A stretch of DNA of 63,819 bases, the filler included, from Theionarchaea archaeon (GTDB taxonomy: Archaea > Methanobacteriota_B > Thermococci > Methanofastidiosales > SZ-28-30), in the NCBI GenBank assembly GCA_018992565.1. It is 3 parts of 3 records of this genome, joined end to end, with 100 filler letters (N's around TTAATTAATTAA, not from the genome) between each part and the next. Parts side by side here need not be neighbours in the genome. Positions count along the whole stretch, not along the records: positions 44,018 to 63,819 come from JACVGW010000053.1; 2 more parts are not named here. The stretch is one strand, 5' to 3'. Numbering within the stretch: the first letter of the stretch is position 1; the number at the start of each line of letters is the position of its first letter. A program made the position numbers and the translations under genes. Below the pieces are notes generated by a model that was not told the DNA's origin, made no database searches, and was given only the letters and a program-made list of their open reading frames with translations. Positions 60,387-63,819 of the stretch are shown here, one piece after another.

Positions 60387-61025
60387 TCATTTCCTCCGTG
60401 AGGCCAGTACTCTGATCAAGTCGTGTGCATGGGGGTCGCCGTGTGTAACATCCTCTTGCCGGAACCTTTCTATTTCTTCCAGATACATAGGGGCCAAGAG
60501 GTCCTCCAACTCATTCATGGTATAGTAGTGAAGGCAGAGCCCATCAGGATGTCTGACATTGTGATTTCCCATAGGTGTTCCTCCTGTCATTCCTTCATCA
60601 TCATCAGATAAAACCATGAAGAGCATAATACCGTCTTTCTCAACTACTCTGAAAATCTCCGAAAACGCGTGCTTTCTCTCAGGTTCATCGATGAAGAAAT
60701 TCATCATCATGAGACTGGTGGCAGCCCCAAAGCTTTCATCACGGAACGGAAGGAAGAGAGCATCTGCACAGACGACATCCATGTGACCGCGGATGAGGAT
60801 CCTTGAGGCTTCCTTGAGGTATTGAACAGCTTCTGAGGAATAGTCCGCACAGGTTACTCTGAATCCAAGCTGGGCGAGACTCCTGGAAGAGGAACCGTAG
60901 CCACTCCCTATATCCAGGATTGTGCTAATGCTGTTTTCAAGCAGTCTTCGTAGAAACCGCATATCGACTCCTGGCTCCTCTTTCTTGAGTGTGCTCAGCC
61001 AGTGATCCCAGTACGTCCGGGTCAT
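60387..61025 (-). CDS. Class I SAM-dependent methyltransferase
   Basis: ILDIGSGYG, ADYS, ADALFLPFRDESF. Confidence 0.92.
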   Translation of the reverse strand: MTRTYWDHWLSTLKKEEPGVDMRFLRRLLENSISTILDIGSGYGSSSRSLAQLGFRVTCADYSSEAVQYLKEASRILIRGHMDVVCADALFLPFRDESFGAATSLMMMNFFIDEPERKHAFSEIFRVVEKDGIMLFMVLSDDDEGMTGGTPMGNHNVRHPDGLCLHYYTMNELEDLLAPMYLEEIERFRQEDVTHGDPHAHDLIRVLASRRK

Positions 61026-61164
61026 AAAGAATCTACTTCAGGGCACTTAATAAACATAATGAAATGATCTCGCAAGAGCCTTCTACCCCTTCGTCTTCAG
61101 CAGAAAGGGCATTTAGAACCAAACGTTTTTATTCATTCTTTTAGATACCCTTTCAGGTGATACC

Positions 61165-61614
61165 ATGGAACCTCATGACCTNNNNNNNNNNNNNNNNNNN
61201 NNNNNNNNNNNNNNNNNNNNNNNNNNNNNNNNNNNNNNNNNNNNNNNNNNNNNNNNNNNNNNNNNNNNNNNNNNNNNNNNNGTAACCTCCATGATACAGA
61301 GCCTCTCTCAAGATGGGTTTCTGGTCCTGCATGAGACTCCCACTGTGGTGGATTTGGATCTTGAAGGGACTGCTTTCCCCTGGCGCAGCGACGATGCTAT
61401 CGCCAACGTAGTGGAAGACAACTTCGTGATCATGAATATGCTCACCAGTGAAGCTTTTTCTTTCGAAAGAGATGTTGAGACTCTATGGAATATTTGTGAT
61501 GGTCATCATGCTGTAGATGACATTCTATCTGCCGCTGCAAGTACTGCTGACGTTGAATATCTCATCAAGTTTCTTCTTAAGCTGGGATTGATTGAACTGA
61601 GACCCGCTGAATAG
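61165..61614 (+). CDS. PqqD/RRE-domain protein (spans an N gap)
   Basis: VVEDNFVIMNMLTSEAFSF..LWNICDGHHAVDDIL..FLLKLGLIE. A preceding LSQDGFL segment suggests a tandem RRE. Confidence 0.75.
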   Translation: MEPHDXXXXXXXXXXXXXXXXXXXXXXXXXXXXXXXXXXVTSMIQSLSQDGFLVLHETPTVVDLDLEGTAFPWRSDDAIANVVEDNFVIMNMLTSEAFSFERDVETLWNICDGHHAVDDILSAAASTADVEYLIKFLLKLGLIELRPAE

Positions 61615-61624
61615 AGATGATGGC

Positions 61625-62740
61625 ATGAATGATTCATCTTCTCCACAAGAGGTTCACCCCCAAGGAGGTGAATACTATCATCAGTTCTCTCTTCAATTTG
61701 AGATTACGGGCAGATGCAACCTGAGATGTCTCCATTGCTATGATGAATCTGAACCCCACAGGGATATGTCACTTTCTAAGGTTAAGACCGTGATTGACAA
61801 GTTTCTTGCATTTTGCTGGAGATGGAAGAGGCTTCCTGCTCTGTGGCTCACTGGAGGTGAACCCACACTGCATCCTCACTTCTGGGAGATTCTGGACTAC
61901 ATACAGGAGCATATGCCTGAGGGGTACGTGGCAATTCTCACCAATGGAGTTGTCGTGACGGAGGAATTTGTGAAGAATCTCCAGACATATGATATGAGTA
62001 CCTGTGTGCAGATCAGCATTGATGGGGCCTGTGCTGAAACCCACGATGCTATCAGAGGCACAGGTTCATTTGACAAAGCTACAGAAGCCCTGAAACTACT
62101 TGCATCAACCCCTATAGAGACCCATATCCACTATGTGGTGCATAAGAAAAACTACCACGATGCATTCAAGATGACTGATGTAGCTCGTATCATGGGGGCA
62201 GATGTCCTGACTGTCAGCCGGCTTGTCCCGTTGGGAAGAGGGGAGGCATTGGTTGATGCCATGCTGAGTCCTGAGCAAATCAAGATCCTCTACCGAAAAT
62301 TGAGTGATGACCTGGATTGTATCCTGATGCAGAACCCTCCAAAACCCTATATCGCACGCCATCGATGTGATTGGCCTGTCATCTACTCTGACTCCTCCAG
62401 TCCTGAAGCACTTGCTAAGAATGGGCATGCCTGTGCGGCAGGGCAGTCTTACATTAATGTCATGGAAACAGGAGATGTCTGTGCATGCAGGCGAATGCCC
62501 ATCCGTGTGGGGAATATCTTTGAAGAAGATTTCATGCAGATCTGGCAGCACCCCCTGTTATGGAAGCTCCGTCAGAAGCGATTATTCGTCCAGGGTAAAT
62601 GCAGGGATTGTTTCTTCAGCATGAATGCTCCCAGTATCTGCAACGGAGGTGCATCCTGCATTGCGTATGCCGTATACAATGATCCTTTCCAGCCAGACCC
62701 ACAGTGTGCAGTTCAACCCTCATCATCGGGAGGTGAATAA
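61625..62740 (+). CDS. Radical SAM/SPASM protein (paralog B)
   Basis: CNLRCLHC, TGGEP, SPASM C..GDVCAC..CRDC..CNGGASC..DPQC; close paralog of 57118-58254. Confidence 0.95.
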   Translation: MNDSSSPQEVHPQGGEYYHQFSLQFEITGRCNLRCLHCYDESEPHRDMSLSKVKTVIDKFLAFCWRWKRLPALWLTGGEPTLHPHFWEILDYIQEHMPEGYVAILTNGVVVTEEFVKNLQTYDMSTCVQISIDGACAETHDAIRGTGSFDKATEALKLLASTPIETHIHYVVHKKNYHDAFKMTDVARIMGADVLTVSRLVPLGRGEALVDAMLSPEQIKILYRKLSDDLDCILMQNPPKPYIARHRCDWPVIYSDSSSPEALAKNGHACAAGQSYINVMETGDVCACRRMPIRVGNIFEEDFMQIWQHPLLWKLRQKRLFVQGKCRDCFFSMNAPSICNGGASCIAYAVYNDPFQPDPQCAVQPSSSGGE

Positions 62741-63367
62741 ATGGAAGTACGTCATGCAATACAAGAGAGAAGAAGTATCAGGAGGTTTAAATCGGATGCC
62801 GTCCCTGTTGCAGATATTGAGAAAATGGTATATGCTGCCTCCCTGGCACCCAGTGGAGGGAATATGCAACCATGGCAATTTCTGGCTATTACCAACAAGG
62901 AATGCAGAGACGCTCTGGCCCGGATCATCCATGATGAGGGCGTGAAGTTCTCTCATGATATGGGCCAGGCAATGCCGCACTTCATTGTAACATCTCTGGT
63001 CTTTACCACAGCGCCCCTGGTCTTTGCAGTCATGATGACGCCCTTCCCACTGGAAGAAGACAGCTGGTTTCAGGCATTCAGGAAACGCAAAAACCTTGAG
63101 GGACGCAGCATTGACAGGTATGGCGGGTTTGTCAGCGTGATGGGAGTAGCAGCAGCCATTGAGAATCTATTGCTGACAGCTTATGACCTCGGGTATGGTT
63201 CATGCTGGGTTCGTATTCCATACTATGCCAAGGATGCGCTGGAGAGGTTTCTTAACATTGAAGCTCCTCGAGAACTTGTAGCATTACTACCTGTAGGCAT
63301 TGCAGATACCAATCCTAGAATGCCTCCCAGGAAGCCTATTCAGGATATTTTCGCCCTGGTAGAGTAG
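62741..63367 (+). CDS. Nitroreductase-family flavoprotein
   Basis: RRSIRRF, APSGGNMQPWQF, ENLLLTAYDLGYGSCW; GGAGGTGA RBS; abuts the rSAM B stop. Confidence 0.93.
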   Translation: MEVRHAIQERRSIRRFKSDAVPVADIEKMVYAASLAPSGGNMQPWQFLAITNKECRDALARIIHDEGVKFSHDMGQAMPHFIVTSLVFTTAPLVFAVMMTPFPLEEDSWFQAFRKRKNLEGRSIDRYGGFVSVMGVAAAIENLLLTAYDLGYGSCWVRIPYYAKDALERFLNIEAPRELVALLPVGIADTNPRMPPRKPIQDIFALVE

Positions 63368-63399
63368 GGTATCATTGCCGCTGTTCTGCTCTTTGCGGA

Positions 63400-63819
63400 T
63401 CATTCTTCCTGTAGGGCTCTCAGCCTGTATGGGATATACGTACTGAGGATTCGAGGATAGTCTTCACAAATACCATTGAAAAGAGATCCGCGTTCCAGAC
63501 TCTCTGCAGGGCAGCCCCCTCTACAAATCAGGGCATACTCACATTCCATGCATGAAGGTATATTGAGAACTGTGCGGGACTTCAATATACCAAGTTGATT
63601 CTCATTTGCTGAATACTCTGGGAAGAACCTGCCAATGGGATATGAATTCATTCGTATGCAGGGATATATCAGTCCATCCGGGCTGAAAAAGAAATTCCTA
63701 TCCAGCCTGCATCTATATCTCGATATTTCTGGTGTCTTCCCTGAAAGAATATCGTCAAAATATTCTGATCCAGGAAAAAACACATCAAAGTATGATAGAA
63801 GGTTGTGCCTCTCCAGCAT
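63400..63819 (-). CDS. Radical SAM/SPASM protein, C-terminal part (truncated at window edge)
   Basis: C..PDGLIYPC..IGRFFP..CMECEYALICRGGC..C; resembles the 58279-59667 SPASM domain. Confidence 0.85.
   Translation of the reverse strand: MLERHNLLSYFDVFFPGSEYFDDILSGKTPEISRYRCRLDRNFFFSPDGLIYPCIRMNSYPIGRFFPEYSANENQLGILKSRTVLNIPSCMECEYALICRGGCPAESLERGSLFNGICEDYPRILSTYIPYRLRALQEE

Overview
Archaeal metagenome-type assembly. Archaeal evidence: FEN1 with a PIP box, cdrS-ftsZ, Cgi121, archaeal-type LeuRS, a BHB-intron tRNA-Leu, TATA/BRE promoters and GGAGGTGA ribosome-binding sites. The gene mix suggests a Theionarchaea/Thermococci-related lineage (inference only). The window joins three scaffolds through artificial N-TTAATTAATTAA-N linkers (22078-22177, 43918-44017) and has several 100-N gaps, so synteny across linkers means nothing. 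Scaffold 1 has a GAF/PAS/DUF835 sensor, a secreted protein with an 18-Cys CxxT repeat tail, a surface-glycosylation cluster and membrane peptidases. Scaffold 2 has tRNA-Leu, a SNAP/TPR-like protein, TldD/PmbA, an RHH-pseudo-receiver regulator, a GGR-family reductase, FEN1, NikR, cdrS-ftsZ, Cgi121 and surface proteins. Scaffold 3 has LeuRS, an S-layer protein, TrkH/TrkA and an ABC exporter. The main highlight, at 57.1-63.8 kb, is a candidate archaeal RiPP cluster: four radical SAM/SPASM enzymes, a PqqD-like protein, a methyltransferase and a nitroreductase around a ~50-aa Cys/Gly-rich precursor peptide. Three intergenic regions look like uncharacterised structured RNAs. All family calls come from motif recognition by eye, not database searches.
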